Shown: positions 10,441 through 22,368 of the stretch, piece after piece | Layout of the letters: every line of letters begins with the position of its first letter | Position numbering within the stretch: position 1 is the stretch's first letter | DNA from: Longimicrobiales bacterium | Lineage (GTDB): Bacteria > Gemmatimonadota > Gemmatimonadetes > Longimicrobiales > Gaopeijiaceae | NCBI GenBank assembly: GCA_965219445.1 | Contig: CBDCNQ010000004.1 | Location: 736,001 to 800,000, forward strand | DNA: 64,000 nucleotides | Direction: 5' to 3' | The notes under the pieces: model-generated | Databases searched by the model: none | Told to the model about the DNA's origin: nothing | The model's input: the letters and a program-made list of their open reading frames with translations, nothing else | Program-made: the position numbers and the translations under genes

Positions 10441-12333
10441 CTAGTTGGGTGCGCGCGGCAGACGCTTCCTTACCTTGGCCCACGTCGACGCGAGATGGAC
10501 CACCCATGGCGTTGTGACCCCACGGACCTGCGCATGTTCAAGCGCCTCGAGGAGGGCGGCAGGCTCGTTGGGGTGCTGGTCCACCTCCACCCAGGCACCC
10601 GCCACCTCACCCAACATGTGGGCATCGGAGCCGGCACCCCTCGGCTTGGACCAGCGAGCGGCCAGCTCCTCCCCGGGCTCATTTAGGTACGCTGGATGGA
10701 GCCTCGCGTTGAAGACCTCGATGATGTCCACCAGCGGCGCGAGCTCCTCCGCGTACCGGCCGGACCCTCCCTTCCCTCGAGCATAAGGGTGGGGCAAGTA
10801 GACGAGTCCTCCCTGGTCCTTCACCCTACGGCATACTTCCCTGGCAGGCGTTCCCTTCGGGATCTCCTCCTCGATGTAGAGGCCGATGACGTCGATACCC
10901 TCCTTCGTCTTCACCTCCTCACCGGGAATCACCGAATCCGGATACACTCCGGCCATCTCCAAGGCCGTGGAGGTGCGGTTGTGGTCTGTGATCGCGATGC
11001 GCTGGACTCCTCTGGCGGCTGCGGCCGCCATCACGCGGCGAGGGTCTGAAAGACAGTCGAAGGACGCCTGGGTATGCGTGTGCATGTCTATGCGCAGTCG
11101 ACCTTCCTTCGGCTGGGGGCGAGCCACCGCGCTCCTCCTTAGGTGCGTGAGCACCTCCATGGCCTGGTGCTCCAGTGCTTGAAGATCTCCCTCATTGACG
11201 AGTACATGCGTCGCCCGGTCTCGCTTCACTCCCGAATCCATCTGGACTTCCATGATGGCCCTCGCACTCTCGACGCTGAGGTCGCGCGTCTCCCGAAGGC
11301 GGTCGAGCCGAATTTTCTCAGACGCATCGACGACGACTGTGGCGTCGAAGTCACCTTCGAGCCCCACTTCGAACAGAAGCGGGATCTCCGATACACATAC
11401 CGTATCCTGGTTGGCAAAACGTTCGCGCATCCACCGGTCCCGGAGCGCCCGGACGCGGGGATGAACAATGGCCTCCAACCGGCGCCGAGCTCCTTCGTCC
11501 TGGAAGACGACAGACGCAAGGGCCGCTCGGTTCAAGGCACCATCGGCTTCCAGAATTTCTTCGCCGAAGACGTCGACCACTGCGGACAGACCGGGGGAGC
11601 CAGGCTCGACCGCCCGTCGTGCCAGGTCATCCGCACTGACAACCGGGACGCCGACGTCCTGCCAAAGAGTGGACACCGTCGACTTACCGGCAGCAATGTT
11701 CCCCGTCAATCCCACCGATAGAGTGTTTCCCGACTCCGGCGTCGCGAAGAGAAGCCCCTTGAGCACCAGAACGGCTGCGATAAGTCCTGCGGCTACGATC
11801 GTCGCCCACCCCACGCCCATCGAGCCGACTCCGATCTCCCAGCCACGGGCAGCGGCGTAGGCGATGCCCAATCCGACGAAGGCCCACCCTGCGACCCCGA
11901 GGAGATCGAAGGCCAGGAAGCGCCGGTACGCGACCGATGTAGACCCGGCGACGAGCGGCATGAGGGTTCGCACGAACGGAACCAGTCGAGCCAAGCTCAC
12001 CGAATATCCGGCGTGTCTGTCGAACAGGTCGAGAGCACGGTCCTGGTGCCTGCGGGCCATCCGGGCGAGTCGGCCGCTGCCAAGGAGTAGGCGGCGACCT
12101 CCCCAGCGCCCAATCATGAACCCGGCCGAATCGCCCAGCGCCGCTCCTAACACCGCCGCCCCAGCAACGGCTGCGAAGCTGAAGTGGCCCTGGAGGGCGA
12201 AGGCGGTCGCTACAATGAGGGTGGGCTCAGTGGGGAGGACCAGCCCTATGATCAGGGCTGTTTCAAACATCGCCATGCCACCAACCAGCCACAGCCCGTA
12301 CAGCTCAATGTTCGAGCCGATCCAGTCGATCAT
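10441..12333 (-). CDS. coaE: Fusion protein: DedA membrane domain + dephospho-CoA kinase + PHP phosphoesterase
   Basis: DedA (GAALGDSAGFMIGR, ARLVPFVRT); CoaE (GLTGNIAAGKST, IVHPRV, EIPLLFE); PHP (DMHTHT, AITDHN, HPY, EVFNAR, GSDAH) in one uninterrupted ORF. Confidence 0.85.
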   Translation of the reverse strand: MIDWIGSNIELYGLWLVGGMAMFETALIIGLVLPTEPTLIVATAFALQGHFSFAAVAGAAVLGAALGDSAGFMIGRWGGRRLLLGSGRLARMARRHQDRALDLFDRHAGYSVSLARLVPFVRTLMPLVAGSTSVAYRRFLAFDLLGVAGWAFVGLGIAYAAARGWEIGVGSMGVGWATIVAAGLIAAVLVLKGLLFATPESGNTLSVGLTGNIAAGKSTVSTLWQDVGVPVVSADDLARRAVEPGSPGLSAVVDVFGEEILEADGALNRAALASVVFQDEGARRRLEAIVHPRVRALRDRWMRERFANQDTVCVSEIPLLFEVGLEGDFDATVVVDASEKIRLDRLRETRDLSVESARAIMEVQMDSGVKRDRATHVLVNEGDLQALEHQAMEVLTHLRRSAVARPQPKEGRLRIDMHTHTQASFDCLSDPRRVMAAAAARGVQRIAITDHNRTSTALEMAGVYPDSVIPGEEVKTKEGIDVIGLYIEEEIPKGTPAREVCRRVKDQGGLVYLPHPYARGKGGSGRYAEELAPLVDIIEVFNARLHPAYLNEPGEELAARWSKPRGAGSDAHMLGEVAGAWVEVDQHPNEPAALLEALEHAQVRGVTTPWVVHLASTWAKVRKRLPRAPN

Positions 12334-12418
12334 TGTGCGGGCGCCGGCTCCCGGCTCAATCTGGAGGGCTGTTGAAGGAGTACAGTGGGCCGCGTTGCGG
12401 ATGCCACGGCCTCAGATC

Positions 12419-12793
12419 CTAGAAGGGGCGATGCCAAGCTACGCGGAGGTCGTCCTGGCTTCCAATCTCCCCATCCGGACCATTCGATCGAATCGCGAAG
12501 GAGTCAGGCCATGCCTGGTAGGAGTAGGTCGTGCCCCAGGGATCCATCGCTGCATCGCCCGTGAAGTTGGCCGCCAACCACGCATTCCATTGGCGGGTCT
12601 GAGGAAGCTGGAACGTCTCACGCGCTTCCCTTCTCACGGATCGAGACAACTCCTCAATCTCCCGCTCGGCCGACCAGATGAGCATGGGTTGAACCACGGG
12701 CATGGCCTTGTCGATCATCATCTGGCGGCTTTCGGGAAAATACAGCGAGGCCACAAAGCCGAGGATGATCAGCAGGATGAGCCTGGTTACCAC
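12419..12793 (-). CDS. Small membrane protein with a GspG-like (T2SS pseudopilin C-terminal) motif
   Basis: N-terminal TM; DPWGTTY...IRSNGPDGEIGSQDD. Confidence 0.65.
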   Translation of the reverse strand: MVTRLILLIILGFVASLYFPESRQMMIDKAMPVVQPMLIWSAEREIEELSRSVRREARETFQLPQTRQWNAWLAANFTGDAAMDPWGTTYSYQAWPDSFAIRSNGPDGEIGSQDDLRVAWHRPF

Positions 12794-13113
12794 GCTTTGC
12801 TCTCCTTCACGTGCTTACGCATGTAGGATCCCCAGCGGACATAACGCTCGAGATCCCCGGCCGGAACGACCGTCGTCCCTTCTCCGTAAGCAGTCTCCAT
12901 GCGCCATCTCATATAGGCCTTCGACGGTAACGGGAGAAAAGGCTGCTGCCGATACCATCGGTTCGCCCTAAAGGCCCACGCCGTCGCCAACATGGCGGGA
13001 ATGAGCCACGGTCGCCGGACGGCAAGCTTCGCCAGCCCTACGTAAACCGATCCCATACCGTTTCTCGCAGTCGGTTCCCGGGCGCACCACCCGGAAACAT
13101 ATGTATGGGCCAA
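12787..13113 (-). CDS. Hypothetical protein
   Basis: Overlaps the downstream gene start; motif PFLPLPSKAYMRWRMETAYG; true start may be the internal Met near 13056. Confidence 0.6.
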   Translation of the reverse strand: MAHTYVSGWCAREPTARNGMGSVYVGLAKLAVRRPWLIPAMLATAWAFRANRWYRQQPFLPLPSKAYMRWRMETAYGEGTTVVPAGDLERYVRWGSYMRKHVKESKAW

Positions 13114-13239
13114 ATTTAGTCCGCGCCCCGAGGCAATTCAATGATACGGGATCCACACCATGCCCGAGGGGCCTCCTCGATGGTCCCCACGATCCACCCG
13201 AGCTATGATACGTGATATTGAGAGCCAGGGAGAATTTGA

Positions 13240-15306
13240 GTGTCGAATCGTCTAGCCCAAGAGTCCAGTCCCTACCTTCTTCAGCACGCCCAAAACCCCG
13301 TTCACTGGTATGCCTGGGGCACCGAGGCGTTCGACGAGGCCCGGCGCAGGGACGTCCCGGTGCTCCTGTCGATCGGTTACTCCGCCTGCCACTGGTGCCA
13401 CGTCATGGAGCGAGAGTCCTTCGAAGACCCAACGACCGCAAAGCTCATGAACGAGTCCTTCGTCAACATCAAAGTGGACCGTGAGGAGCGTCCCGACATC
13501 GACTCCGTTTACATGAAGGCTGTCCAGACCCTGACCGGACAGGGGGGGTGGCCACTCACGGCATTCCTCACCTCGGATGGAGAGCCCTTTTTCGGAGGGA
13601 CGTACTTTCCGCCCGAGCCCCGGCACAATATACCCTCCTTTCGGCAAGTCCTTGAGTCGATCCGAGGTGCCTATGACGAGCGGAAGGAGGAGATCGTCCG
13701 AAACGCCGGTGAGTTGAAGGAGTTGCTGGAAAAGAGCTCGGCGGAACGCTCGGAAGGGCCGGTGGCGCCAGACGGGAACGCGATCGTCGGTCTGGCTCTG
13801 CTTGATCACGCGTTCCGCTTTCTTGCCTCGCGCTTCGACCCCAAGCACGGCGGTTTCGGTGGGGCGCCCAAGTTTCCACAACCGGTAACTCTGGAGTTCG
13901 CTCTCCGGGTGCACGCGCGCACCGGTGACCCGGATGCGCTGGGGATGGTCACGCAGACGCTTCGCGCCATGGCCCGCGGTGGAATCCACGATCACTTGGC
14001 CGGTGGCTTCCATCGATACTCCGTCGACGCCCGATGGCTGGTTCCCCACTTCGAAAAAATGCTATATGACAACGCCTTGCTCGGACGATTGTACCTGAAC
14101 GCCTATCAGGTCACCGGCGACCCGGAGCTCAGGCGGGTTGCGGAAGGCACGCTGGACCACCTTCTCACGGACATGCTCGCACCCGAAGGGGGGTTCTACT
14201 CCGCTTTGGACGCGGATTCGGAAGGAGAAGAGGGGACGTTCTATGTCTGGACTCCCATGGAAGTGCGTGAGGTGCTCGACGAGGAGGTGGCCGATCTGTT
14301 CATGCGCTGTTACGACGTGAGCGAGGATGGCAACTTCGAGAAGCGCAACATCCTCCACCTTCCCCATGACCTCGCGGCGGTCGCCAAGCGCGAGGACATG
14401 AGCCTCGAGTTCTTGCGAGAGCTGCTCCGGGATGCGAGGCATGTCCTGTTGGAGGCCCGAAACCTCCGAGAGCCGCCTTTCCGTGACGAGAAGATCCTCG
14501 CGAGCTGGAACGGGATGGCGATCCGAGCCCTGGCCGAGGCCGGTGGAGCGCTGAATGAGAGCCGTTTTCGAGTAGCAGCGGTACGTGGACTCGAATTTCT
14601 GCTTGGGAACATGCGGAAGGGTGACCGCCTCCGGCGATCATACAAGGACGGCACGGCACGGATCGATGCCTTCCTGGAAGACTACGCCGCCGTGGGTAAC
14701 GCGATTTTCAGCGTGTATGAAGCCACGCTCGAGCCTCGTTGGCTGGACGAGGCGGCGTGGATTACGGAGCTCGTCGTTGGGCTCTTCTGGGACGACACGG
14801 ACGGCGTGTTCCACGATGGTCCGAAAGATGGCGAGGCGCTGGCCGTCCGAGCACGGGACCTCATGGACAACGCTACACCGTCCGGAAATTCGCTGGCCGT
14901 TGAGCTTCTGATACGGAGCGCTCACCTATTCGGAGAGGAGCGCCATCGGGTCATCGCCCATCGAGTGCTCGACCGAGAGGCCGGCCTCATGGCACGCTTG
15001 CCCGCCGCGTTTGGCCGCCTACTCGGAGCGCTCGACCGCACGGTGGCTGACCCCGTGGAGATCGTCATCGTGGGCGCGCGCGACGATGTCCGCACACTGG
15101 AGCTGCTCGAAACAGCATTGAGCCGGTACATGCCGAACCGGACCATCGCGGGTTCCGCTCCAAGTGAGGACCTCTCCCACTCGCTACCCGTACTCGAAGG
15201 ACGCGATCGTGGAACGGAGCCGGCCGCCTACGTTTGCGAGCGTTATGCGTGCAAGGCACCGGTCTCCGACGCGATGGCATTGGCGGAGCAACTCGACAGA
15301 GGGTAG
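13240..15306 (+). CDS. Thioredoxin-domain + alpha/alpha barrel protein (YyaL/SSP411/DUF255 family)
   Basis: [43 protein letters not shown]. Confidence 0.93.
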   Translation: MSNRLAQESSPYLLQHAQNPVHWYAWGTEAFDEARRRDVPVLLSIGYSACHWCHVMERESFEDPTTAKLMNESFVNIKVDREERPDIDSVYMKAVQTLTGQGGWPLTAFLTSDGEPFFGGTYFPPEPRHNIPSFRQVLESIRGAYDERKEEIVRNAGELKELLEKSSAERSEGPVAPDGNAIVGLALLDHAFRFLASRFDPKHGGFGGAPKFPQPVTLEFALRVHARTGDPDALGMVTQTLRAMARGGIHDHLAGGFHRYSVDARWLVPHFEKMLYDNALLGRLYLNAYQVTGDPELRRVAEGTLDHLLTDMLAPEGGFYSALDADSEGEEGTFYVWTPMEVREVLDEEVADLFMRCYDVSEDGNFEKRNILHLPHDLAAVAKREDMSLEFLRELLRDARHVLLEARNLREPPFRDEKILASWNGMAIRALAEAGGALNESRFRVAAVRGLEFLLGNMRKGDRLRRSYKDGTARIDAFLEDYAAVGNAIFSVYEATLEPRWLDEAAWITELVVGLFWDDTDGVFHDGPKDGEALAVRARDLMDNATPSGNSLAVELLIRSAHLFGEERHRVIAHRVLDREAGLMARLPAAFGRLLGALDRTVADPVEIVIVGARDDVRTLELLETALSRYMPNRTIAGSAPSEDLSHSLPVLEGRDRGTEPAAYVCERYACKAPVSDAMALAEQLDRG

Positions 15307-15392
15307 TGCTCCTCGGACGGAAGGTTTTACTATCTTACAAGCCACGCCCTCTTAGAGGCTCCGCCCTCCGACTCCAAAGACGCCTGGAATAG

Positions 15393-17528
15393 ATGGTAAC
15401 CAAGGAGCAAGAGATCACCGAAACTCAGGACTTGGAGGACCCCTCCTCCGAGTGGCTCCTCGACGCGTACCAAACGATGGTCACCTCACGGCGCGTGGAT
15501 GACCGAGAAATCAGCCTAAAGCGCCAGAACAAGACTTTCTTCCAGATCGCCGGCGCCGGGCACGAAGCGGTGCAGGTGGCGATGGCCGAGCACTTGAGGC
15601 CGGGGTACGACTGGTTCCACCCGTACTACCGGGATCGCACGCTGGTTCTGGCGTTGGGACAGACCCCCTTGGACCACCTTCTCGGTGCGGTCGGGGCCGA
15701 CGACGATCCGAACAGCGGCGGTCGGCAGATGCCCTCCCACTTCTCGGATCCGGGGCTTCACATCGTGACGATGTCCTCCCCCACCGGTACCCAATTCCTC
15801 CAGGCCGTCGGTGCGGCGGAGGCGGGATACCGGGTCTCACTCATCCCCGAGCTACGAAGCAGGATCGAGGAATTCGAGGAGGATGAGGTAGTGCTGGTCT
15901 GTTCCGGGGAGGGAGCGACGTCGGAGGGTGAGTTCTGGGAGGCCCTCAATACGGCGTGCAGCCTCAAGCTTCCCGTAATCTTTCTCATCGAGGACAACGA
16001 ATATGCGATCTCGGTGCCGGTCGAGGTCAACACAGCGGGAGGAAGCATCTCCAAGCTTGTGTCCGGATTTCCCGATCTTTTCATCATCGAGTGCGACGGC
16101 ACCGACGTGCTGGACAGCCACCGGGCGACGGGCAAGGCGGTCCGTCACTGCCGGCTGAGAAGGGGACCGGCCCTCGTGCACGCTCATACCATACGTCCCT
16201 ATTCCCATTCGATGTCCGATGATGAGCGGACTTACCGGCCCGCCGCCGAGCTGAAAGAAGCCGCCGCCAGGGACCCGCTCGTCAAGACTCGGACCCTCCT
16301 GATCGAGCGGGGCATCGCAACGGCCGAGGAACTCGACAGCCTGGAAGAAGAGGCCGCGACCGAGGTCGCGGAGGCCGCCATTGAGGCAAGCAGCCACCCA
16401 CAGCCTGATCCTGAGAACGCTCTGCTCCACCTCTACTCCGAAGAAGTCGACCCGACTTCGCCATCCTTCGACACCGAGGACTCACAGGAATTCGGGGACG
16501 GACGCACGCTCACGATGGTCGATCTGCTCAACGCCTGTCTTGCTGACGAGATGGAGCGGGATCCCCGCATCATCCTCTTCGGGCAGGACATCGCCGACGC
16601 GTCTCGGGAGTCGGCGCTCTCAGAGGTGAAGGGAAAGGGGGGCGTGTTCAAGGTCACGCAAGGCCTCCAACGTCAATTCGGTGGAAGCCGAGTATTCAAC
16701 TCGCCTCTGGCCGAGGCCAACATCGTCGGGCGGGCCATCGGAATGGCGCAGCGGGGCCTACGGCCGGTGGTCGAAATCCAGTTCCTCGATTACATCTGGC
16801 CAGCGTTCATGCAAATTCGAGACGAGCTGGCCACCATCCGGTATCGCTCCCAGGGGGGGTATGCCGCACCGGTCGTGATCAGAGTCTCGTACGGCGGCTA
16901 CCTGAAGGGGGGCGGACCCTATCACTCTCAGACCGGGGAGACACTATTTACCCATACACCCGGCCTTCGAGTCGTGCTTCCGTCGAGTGCGTCCGACGCA
17001 AATGGACTCCTGAGAACGGCCATCCGATGTGAGGACCCGGTCATCTTCCTCGAGCACAAGCACCTGTATCGGCAAATTCACAACAAGGCCCTGTATCCGG
17101 GGAAGGACTTCATGATCCCCATGGGCAAGGCGAATAAGGTCAGGGAAGGATCCGATCTCACCGTCGTGACGTGCGGCGCGCTGGTCAAACGTTCTCTTGA
17201 CGCCGCGAAGATCGCATCGGAAGAGCATGGAATCGAGTGTGACGTCATCGACCTGAGGACGCTTTCGCCTCTCGATATGGACACCGTGGCGCACTCCGTC
17301 AAGAGAACGAACAAGGTCCTCATCACCCATGAAGACTCGCTGTCATGGGGGCTCGGCTCGGAGATCGCGGCCCGCATCGCGGACGAACTGTTTCCCTGGC
17401 TGGACGGGCCAGTGCGTCGGGTCGCGGCACTGGACACGTGGGTTGCGTATGCTCCGCAGCTGGAAGACGAAATTCTCCCCCAGCCATCCGACGTACTCGC
17501 GGCCATTCTCGACCTGGCTAGCTTCTAA
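15393..17528 (+). CDS. Fused 2-oxoacid dehydrogenase E1 alpha/beta (branched-chain type)
   Basis: [16 protein letters not shown] motif, [35 protein letters not shown]. Confidence 0.92.
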   Translation: MVTKEQEITETQDLEDPSSEWLLDAYQTMVTSRRVDDREISLKRQNKTFFQIAGAGHEAVQVAMAEHLRPGYDWFHPYYRDRTLVLALGQTPLDHLLGAVGADDDPNSGGRQMPSHFSDPGLHIVTMSSPTGTQFLQAVGAAEAGYRVSLIPELRSRIEEFEEDEVVLVCSGEGATSEGEFWEALNTACSLKLPVIFLIEDNEYAISVPVEVNTAGGSISKLVSGFPDLFIIECDGTDVLDSHRATGKAVRHCRLRRGPALVHAHTIRPYSHSMSDDERTYRPAAELKEAAARDPLVKTRTLLIERGIATAEELDSLEEEAATEVAEAAIEASSHPQPDPENALLHLYSEEVDPTSPSFDTEDSQEFGDGRTLTMVDLLNACLADEMERDPRIILFGQDIADASRESALSEVKGKGGVFKVTQGLQRQFGGSRVFNSPLAEANIVGRAIGMAQRGLRPVVEIQFLDYIWPAFMQIRDELATIRYRSQGGYAAPVVIRVSYGGYLKGGGPYHSQTGETLFTHTPGLRVVLPSSASDANGLLRTAIRCEDPVIFLEHKHLYRQIHNKALYPGKDFMIPMGKANKVREGSDLTVVTCGALVKRSLDAAKIASEEHGIECDVIDLRTLSPLDMDTVAHSVKRTNKVLITHEDSLSWGLGSEIAARIADELFPWLDGPVRRVAALDTWVAYAPQLEDEILPQPSDVLAAILDLASF

Positions 17529-18853
17529 CCGATAGGGGGCTTGTCTGCAACGGGTTCACCGGTGGCACCCGGCAGAATCAAGCGCACCGCCCGCCGATAA
17601 AAGACGTAGTTCCAGGCCCAATTCACGAGCACGAGCGCCCGATTGCGAAAGCCGATGAGCTTGGTAACGTGAACGACAAGCCACAGAGACCAGGCCGCGA
17701 AACCTGTGAATGACCGCCCCCACAGATGGGCTACCGCCGCGTTTCGGCCGATTACCGCCAACATGCCGAGATCCTTGTAGGCAAAGTTCCCCGGTGCCTC
17801 CCCTCGGATCATCTGGACCACGTTTTCTGCCGCCTTGCTCCCCTGTTGAAGGGCGACCTGGGCAATCTGTGGAAGCGGCTGCCCGTCCTCCTCCACGTAT
17901 GTGAGGTCGCCCACGACGAACACCTCCGGGTGACCCGGCACCTGGAGCGTACTCTCCACCGGAACGCGCCCGGCCGGACCGACGGGCAGACCCCAACTGC
18001 CCACTGCGGGATCGCCCTGGACACCAGCGGCCCAGACCACCGTATGCGTGGCGGTGGTGTCCGAATCAACGTCAGCGTCAGCGTCAGTGTCGGTCCCAGT
18101 GTCGGTCTCGCGGCTCACCACGCGGTCGGACGCCACCTCCACGACCTGTGATCCGGTGAGCACGTGCACACCTCGACGTTCGAGACGGACCCGGGCGTAC
18201 TCCTGCAAGCGCGGGGGCATGCCCGCCAGGAGCCCTTCGCCGCCCTCCAGCAACCGTATGTCCACCTCGTTTCGTGCGATGCCCTGAAAATCCTGCAGGA
18301 GCGGCCCGTAGATGAGTTCCGCAAGCGCACCCGCATATTCGACACCCGTCGCTCCCCCGCCCACAATTACGAAGCGGAGCAGAGCTCCTCGCGCCGACGC
18401 ATCCGCCGTCTGAGCCGCGCGCTCGAAACAATCCAAGATGTGGTAGCGGAGTGGGATCGCGTCATCCATCGTGCGAAGAGGGAAAGCATGGCGCGCGGCA
18501 CCCTCCACCCCGAAGTAGTTCGGCACGCTCCCCAGCGCCATCACCACGTAGTCGTATGCGAGGCGGGACCCATCGACCTCGATAATCCGGGCCTCAAGAT
18601 CGATGCCATGGACCCTGGCCTTTCGGAACTCGACGAGGGGGTGCCTCCTGAAGAGACTGCGAACCGGATAGGCGATCTCGCTCGGTCCCAATTCGGCGGC
18701 GGCGACCTGATACAGGAGCGGCAAAAAAGTGTGGTAGTTGTTTCGGTCGATCAGGGTCACACCGAACCCAAGCGAGACGAGCTTGCGTACGGCCCAAAGC
18801 CCCCCGAAACCAGCCCCGATCACGACGATCCGAGGCCCCTTGGTGTCGATCAC
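17525..18853 (-). CDS. ndh: Type II NADH dehydrogenase-like FAD oxidoreductase
   Basis: [39 protein letters not shown]; start moved to GTG 18853. Confidence 0.85.
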   Translation of the reverse strand: MIDTKGPRIVVIGAGFGGLWAVRKLVSLGFGVTLIDRNNYHTFLPLLYQVAAAELGPSEIAYPVRSLFRRHPLVEFRKARVHGIDLEARIIEVDGSRLAYDYVVMALGSVPNYFGVEGAARHAFPLRTMDDAIPLRYHILDCFERAAQTADASARGALLRFVIVGGGATGVEYAGALAELIYGPLLQDFQGIARNEVDIRLLEGGEGLLAGMPPRLQEYARVRLERRGVHVLTGSQVVEVASDRVVSRETDTGTDTDADADVDSDTTATHTVVWAAGVQGDPAVGSWGLPVGPAGRVPVESTLQVPGHPEVFVVGDLTYVEEDGQPLPQIAQVALQQGSKAAENVVQMIRGEAPGNFAYKDLGMLAVIGRNAAVAHLWGRSFTGFAAWSLWLVVHVTKLIGFRNRALVLVNWAWNYVFYRRAVRLILPGATGEPVADKPPIG

Positions 18854-18863
18854 ACTGGCTTGG

Positions 18864-20120
18864 TCAGTATTTCGGAAGGCTCTGGTCGATCTCGTCCACC
18901 CACGCGTGGATCCCTCCCACAAAGTTGAATACGCTGGAAAATCCCTCTTCCACCAACATCTGCGCCGCGCTCGCACTACGGGCTCCAGTTCGGCAGTACA
19001 CGACGATCTCCCGGTCCGTGGGAATCTCGTCCAGACGATCCGGGAGTTCGGCGAGCGGAATCATTATGGCACCGTCCGGCTCCAAATTTACGATATCCCA
19101 CTCGTGCGGTTGCCGAACATCTAACAGAAACGGAGGCTCCTCTGATGCCAAGCGCTCGTTGAGCTCAACGGCCCCCACCTCACCAAATGTGTTCACCATC
19201 CCCTCCTCCTTGCCCTCAATGGGCGCTTTCAGCCCACAAAAATCTTCATAGTCGATGAGCCCGGGTTGCGTCGGCTCATCCCCACAAACCGGACAACTCG
19301 GGTTCCTGCTGACGGCCATCTCCCTCCAACTCATTTCAAGCGCGTCGAAGATCAGCAACCGTCCGCTGAGCGTGTCTCCTTGCCCAAGAAGGAGCTTGAT
19401 CACTTCGAGGGCCTGAATCAATCCGATGATCCCCGGCAAGACACCGAGTACACCAGCCTCTGCACAGTTCGGGACTAGCCCCGGTGGTGGCGGCTCTCGA
19501 AAGAGGCACCGGTAGCACGGTCCTCCATCCCTCGCGAACACCGAGGCCTGACCCTCCCAGCGGAAGACAGATCCGTAGACATTCGGCTTTCCCAAGAGCA
19601 CACAGGCGTCGTTGACGAGGTAGCGCGTTGGGAAGTTGTCGGTCCCGTCAGCCACGATGTCGTACGCACCCAGAATCTCCAGCGCATTGCTCGAATCCAG
19701 CCGGACATCGTGCGTTACGACTGACACGTGCGGGTTCACGTCCGCAAGGCGTTCCCTAGCCGAATCTAGCTTGGGCCGGCCTAGGTCCTTGGTGCCGTGA
19801 AGAATCTGCCGTTGGAGGTTGGTGGCGTCGACCTCGTCGAAGTCGACGAGGCCCAGTGTGCCAACCCCAGCCGCGGCGAGATAGAGCGCGAGGGGCGAGC
19901 CGAGCCCTCCGGCACCCACCACGAGCACGCGCGAATCCTTGAGGAGCAACTGCCCCTTCTTGCCCACCTCCGGCAAGGACAAATGCCTCGCGTACCTACT
20001 GAGCTCGGCAGACTCCAAACTGAGTTCGGCAGACTCCGACTCGAGTTGTTCACGCTCGACCAACGTCGGGCCTCTCTGGGAAATGGGGCTCGTTTCCTCG
20101 ACCAAGTTCCACCCCCCCAC
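18864..20120 (-). CDS. moeB: Molybdopterin-synthase adenylyltransferase MoeB/MoeZ with C-terminal rhodanese
   Basis: RYARHL, GAGGLGSP, NLQRQ, PCYRCLF, CPVCG; rhodanese YCRTGARS; start uncertain. Confidence 0.9.
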   Translation of the reverse strand: MGGWNLVEETSPISQRGPTLVEREQLESESAELSLESAELSRYARHLSLPEVGKKGQLLLKDSRVLVVGAGGLGSPLALYLAAAGVGTLGLVDFDEVDATNLQRQILHGTKDLGRPKLDSARERLADVNPHVSVVTHDVRLDSSNALEILGAYDIVADGTDNFPTRYLVNDACVLLGKPNVYGSVFRWEGQASVFARDGGPCYRCLFREPPPPGLVPNCAEAGVLGVLPGIIGLIQALEVIKLLLGQGDTLSGRLLIFDALEMSWREMAVSRNPSCPVCGDEPTQPGLIDYEDFCGLKAPIEGKEEGMVNTFGEVGAVELNERLASEEPPFLLDVRQPHEWDIVNLEPDGAIMIPLAELPDRLDEIPTDREIVVYCRTGARSASAAQMLVEEGFSSVFNFVGGIHAWVDEIDQSLPKY

Positions 20121-20181
20121 CAGACCCGGGTTCCCCCGAAAGAGAAAAACCGAGGAGGCTCAGGGCCGCGAGCTACAGGTG

Positions 20182-22368
20182 TCAGGGCCGCTCGAGATGC
20201 CGGCGGCCTCCCAGCGCAGTCACCCGCATTGAGGCTGCGTCCGCGGCGAGTGCCGCGACCTCCTCGCTGGGCCACAGCTCGATCGCGGCGACATCCGCTA
20301 GCTGCACAAACAACAATTGAAACTGCGTCGGGATTCCGAGCGTGCTACGATCGGGCCAGAGCTCGCGGTCCTTGAGTCCCCGGTAACGATAAACGTCGCG
20401 CACCAACGTCATGGTCCGTCCGATATCGAACCACTCCGCCCCCATCTCGTTGCTCCCCTGGACCCAGCCATCCGGGGCATCCGCCTCGATGTCCCGCATT
20501 ACGAGCTTGGTCGCGATGCCATGTCGGACTCCCCAAGGGTTCAAACCGAGTGAGCGAATGAGGCCTTGAGAACTTGCGAAGTAGATCGGTCTCCGGCCGG
20601 CCGAGTCGTTGATTATGCTGAGGGCGATACTCAGACCACGATCCAAGTAGAACCCGGACGGGTAAGTGACCAGCACGTTATCGAGCGACAGGCTGAGATC
20701 CTCTTGGAGTGGGCCTGATCCTACGTAATTCATGACCTCATCCGTCGCCAGAGAGACCGATTGGTCCGGCGGCGGAGTGGTCGTCGAATAGATTTCCACA
20801 GCGAATTGCTCGTCGAACGGTCTCTGCCGCCCGGGCTCCGTCTGGTCCCTGACTTGGCGCGGGTACCAGTCGGTGCGGAGGTACTGGAGGACGATGACGG
20901 TCACATCCTTGCGAACCCCTTCAATCTCTTGCGCGTACCAGAGCGGAAACGTGTCGTTGTCTCCGTTCGTGAACAGGATCCCGTACGGCTCCACACTCAT
21001 GAGTAGGTCGTACGCCCAGTCGACTGTGGCGTAGTCGTCGGCCCGGCTCGCCCATTCCCAGTTGTATGCCATTGGAATGAAGGTGACCAAAAGAACCGGC
21101 ATCGCCTTACGATAGGCACCACTCCCCCCCCAGTGATCGGAAAGCGCCGACCAGAATCCAGCCAGACCGATTCCCGCCAGATTTCCCCAGAGAAAGAAAC
21201 TTGCCACGAAGAAATAATCCCTTTCACGAACCTCGTGGGCGGTACGGTCGACAACGTCTGGCGCCAGCGAAAACCCGTACTTGAAGTTGAGGTAGACGAC
21301 CAGGCCCACCGTGAGTGTGGCCGCCAGCACGACTAGATACGTGAAGATCATTCGGTCGGCACGCCACAAAACGAGGAAGCCCATGAAACCCATCGCCACG
21401 AACAGGATGGTCGCAGGCAGTCGCGCTCCGATGGGCAGTTCGCTCAAGTCGGCCCCACGAGCCCACTGCCAATCGAAGTACTGAAAATAGTTGAGAAATT
21501 GGTGTCCGAGCGGTGCCTGCCGTTCGGCGATCGAGGGTTTGGCATACTGCGCGCGGGAGAGAGCGTCAGCTAGTGCAGGGCACCCGGCCTTACCATTTGT
21601 ATAGACCGCGACAATAGCACCGGCCGCCGATTCGCAGACTGGGTTCCCTTCATTGATGATGGGTTCCTGAGCCGCACGGATCGGGAGGAAGAGATTGAAC
21701 GAGACTCCGATGATCACGAGGGGAATGGCTCGAACCCAAAAGCGCGCCGTCAGTAGGACCACAGGGCCCGCCAGCAACACGAGCAAGCCCAGAGCTGGAG
21801 CGGGAAGGACGGACATGAGGTGATTGCTCGCCCCCAATACCATGAGATAGATGGCGAGCAGAAGGGCTCTGAGCCCCGCCGGCTCTCCGCGTTGGTCGTA
21901 CCATCTCAGCGCGAGCCACGAGACTGCAGCGATCACCGCCACACTCACCGTGTAGACCTTTTCGTTCGCCGTGGATTGATTCCAAACCGTGTACGCGGTC
22001 GCCCCCATCACGGAGCCGCACGCGGCGCCGACCGTGAGCATCCACCGCTCCTCGATCACGGTGGACAGCACCCGATGCCCAATCAAGAAGAAGAAGAACG
22101 TTGCCAGCGAACTCGTGGCGGCGGCGAAGAGGTTGATTCGTACCGCAACAGGCAAGCCCAACGGAGCCAGCAGCACGCTCCATACCCGCGCGATGCTGAC
22201 GAAAAGAGGATTCCCCGGCGGGTGAGGAACACCCACGATATGTGCCGTCGTGATGTATTCGCTGGCGTCCCACCAGGCTGTAGTGGGCGATAACGTCACG
22301 ATATAAAGGCCGAAGATCGCCAGCCCCAGCAACGCCCCGTCCCGGTACGGCGGTCGGTATTCGGTCAT
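20182..22368 (-). CDS. DUF2723/TMEM260-like multi-pass membrane glycosyltransferase candidate
   Basis: WDASEYI..GVPHPPGNPLF, EVRERDYFF, FTNGDNDTFPLWYAQE. Confidence 0.8.
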   Translation of the reverse strand: MTEYRPPYRDGALLGLAIFGLYIVTLSPTTAWWDASEYITTAHIVGVPHPPGNPLFVSIARVWSVLLAPLGLPVAVRINLFAAATSSLATFFFFLIGHRVLSTVIEERWMLTVGAACGSVMGATAYTVWNQSTANEKVYTVSVAVIAAVSWLALRWYDQRGEPAGLRALLLAIYLMVLGASNHLMSVLPAPALGLLVLLAGPVVLLTARFWVRAIPLVIIGVSFNLFLPIRAAQEPIINEGNPVCESAAGAIVAVYTNGKAGCPALADALSRAQYAKPSIAERQAPLGHQFLNYFQYFDWQWARGADLSELPIGARLPATILFVAMGFMGFLVLWRADRMIFTYLVVLAATLTVGLVVYLNFKYGFSLAPDVVDRTAHEVRERDYFFVASFFLWGNLAGIGLAGFWSALSDHWGGSGAYRKAMPVLLVTFIPMAYNWEWASRADDYATVDWAYDLLMSVEPYGILFTNGDNDTFPLWYAQEIEGVRKDVTVIVLQYLRTDWYPRQVRDQTEPGRQRPFDEQFAVEIYSTTTPPPDQSVSLATDEVMNYVGSGPLQEDLSLSLDNVLVTYPSGFYLDRGLSIALSIINDSAGRRPIYFASSQGLIRSLGLNPWGVRHGIATKLVMRDIEADAPDGWVQGSNEMGAEWFDIGRTMTLVRDVYRYRGLKDRELWPDRSTLGIPTQFQLLFVQLADVAAIELWPSEEVAALAADAASMRVTALGGRRHLERP

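Noticed and set aside
12419..12793. Type II secretion system locus
   Set aside because: Only a single GspG-like motif; no other T2SS genes and no clear prepilin cleavage motif
15393..17528. E1 alpha/beta fusion as a novelty
   Set aside because: Fused E1 alpha/beta is well known in several phyla
18864..20120. MoeB-rhodanese as a ubiquitin-like or CBASS defence component
   Set aside because: Ordinary MoeZ/MoeB architecture; no E2, JAB or CD-NTase gene adjacent
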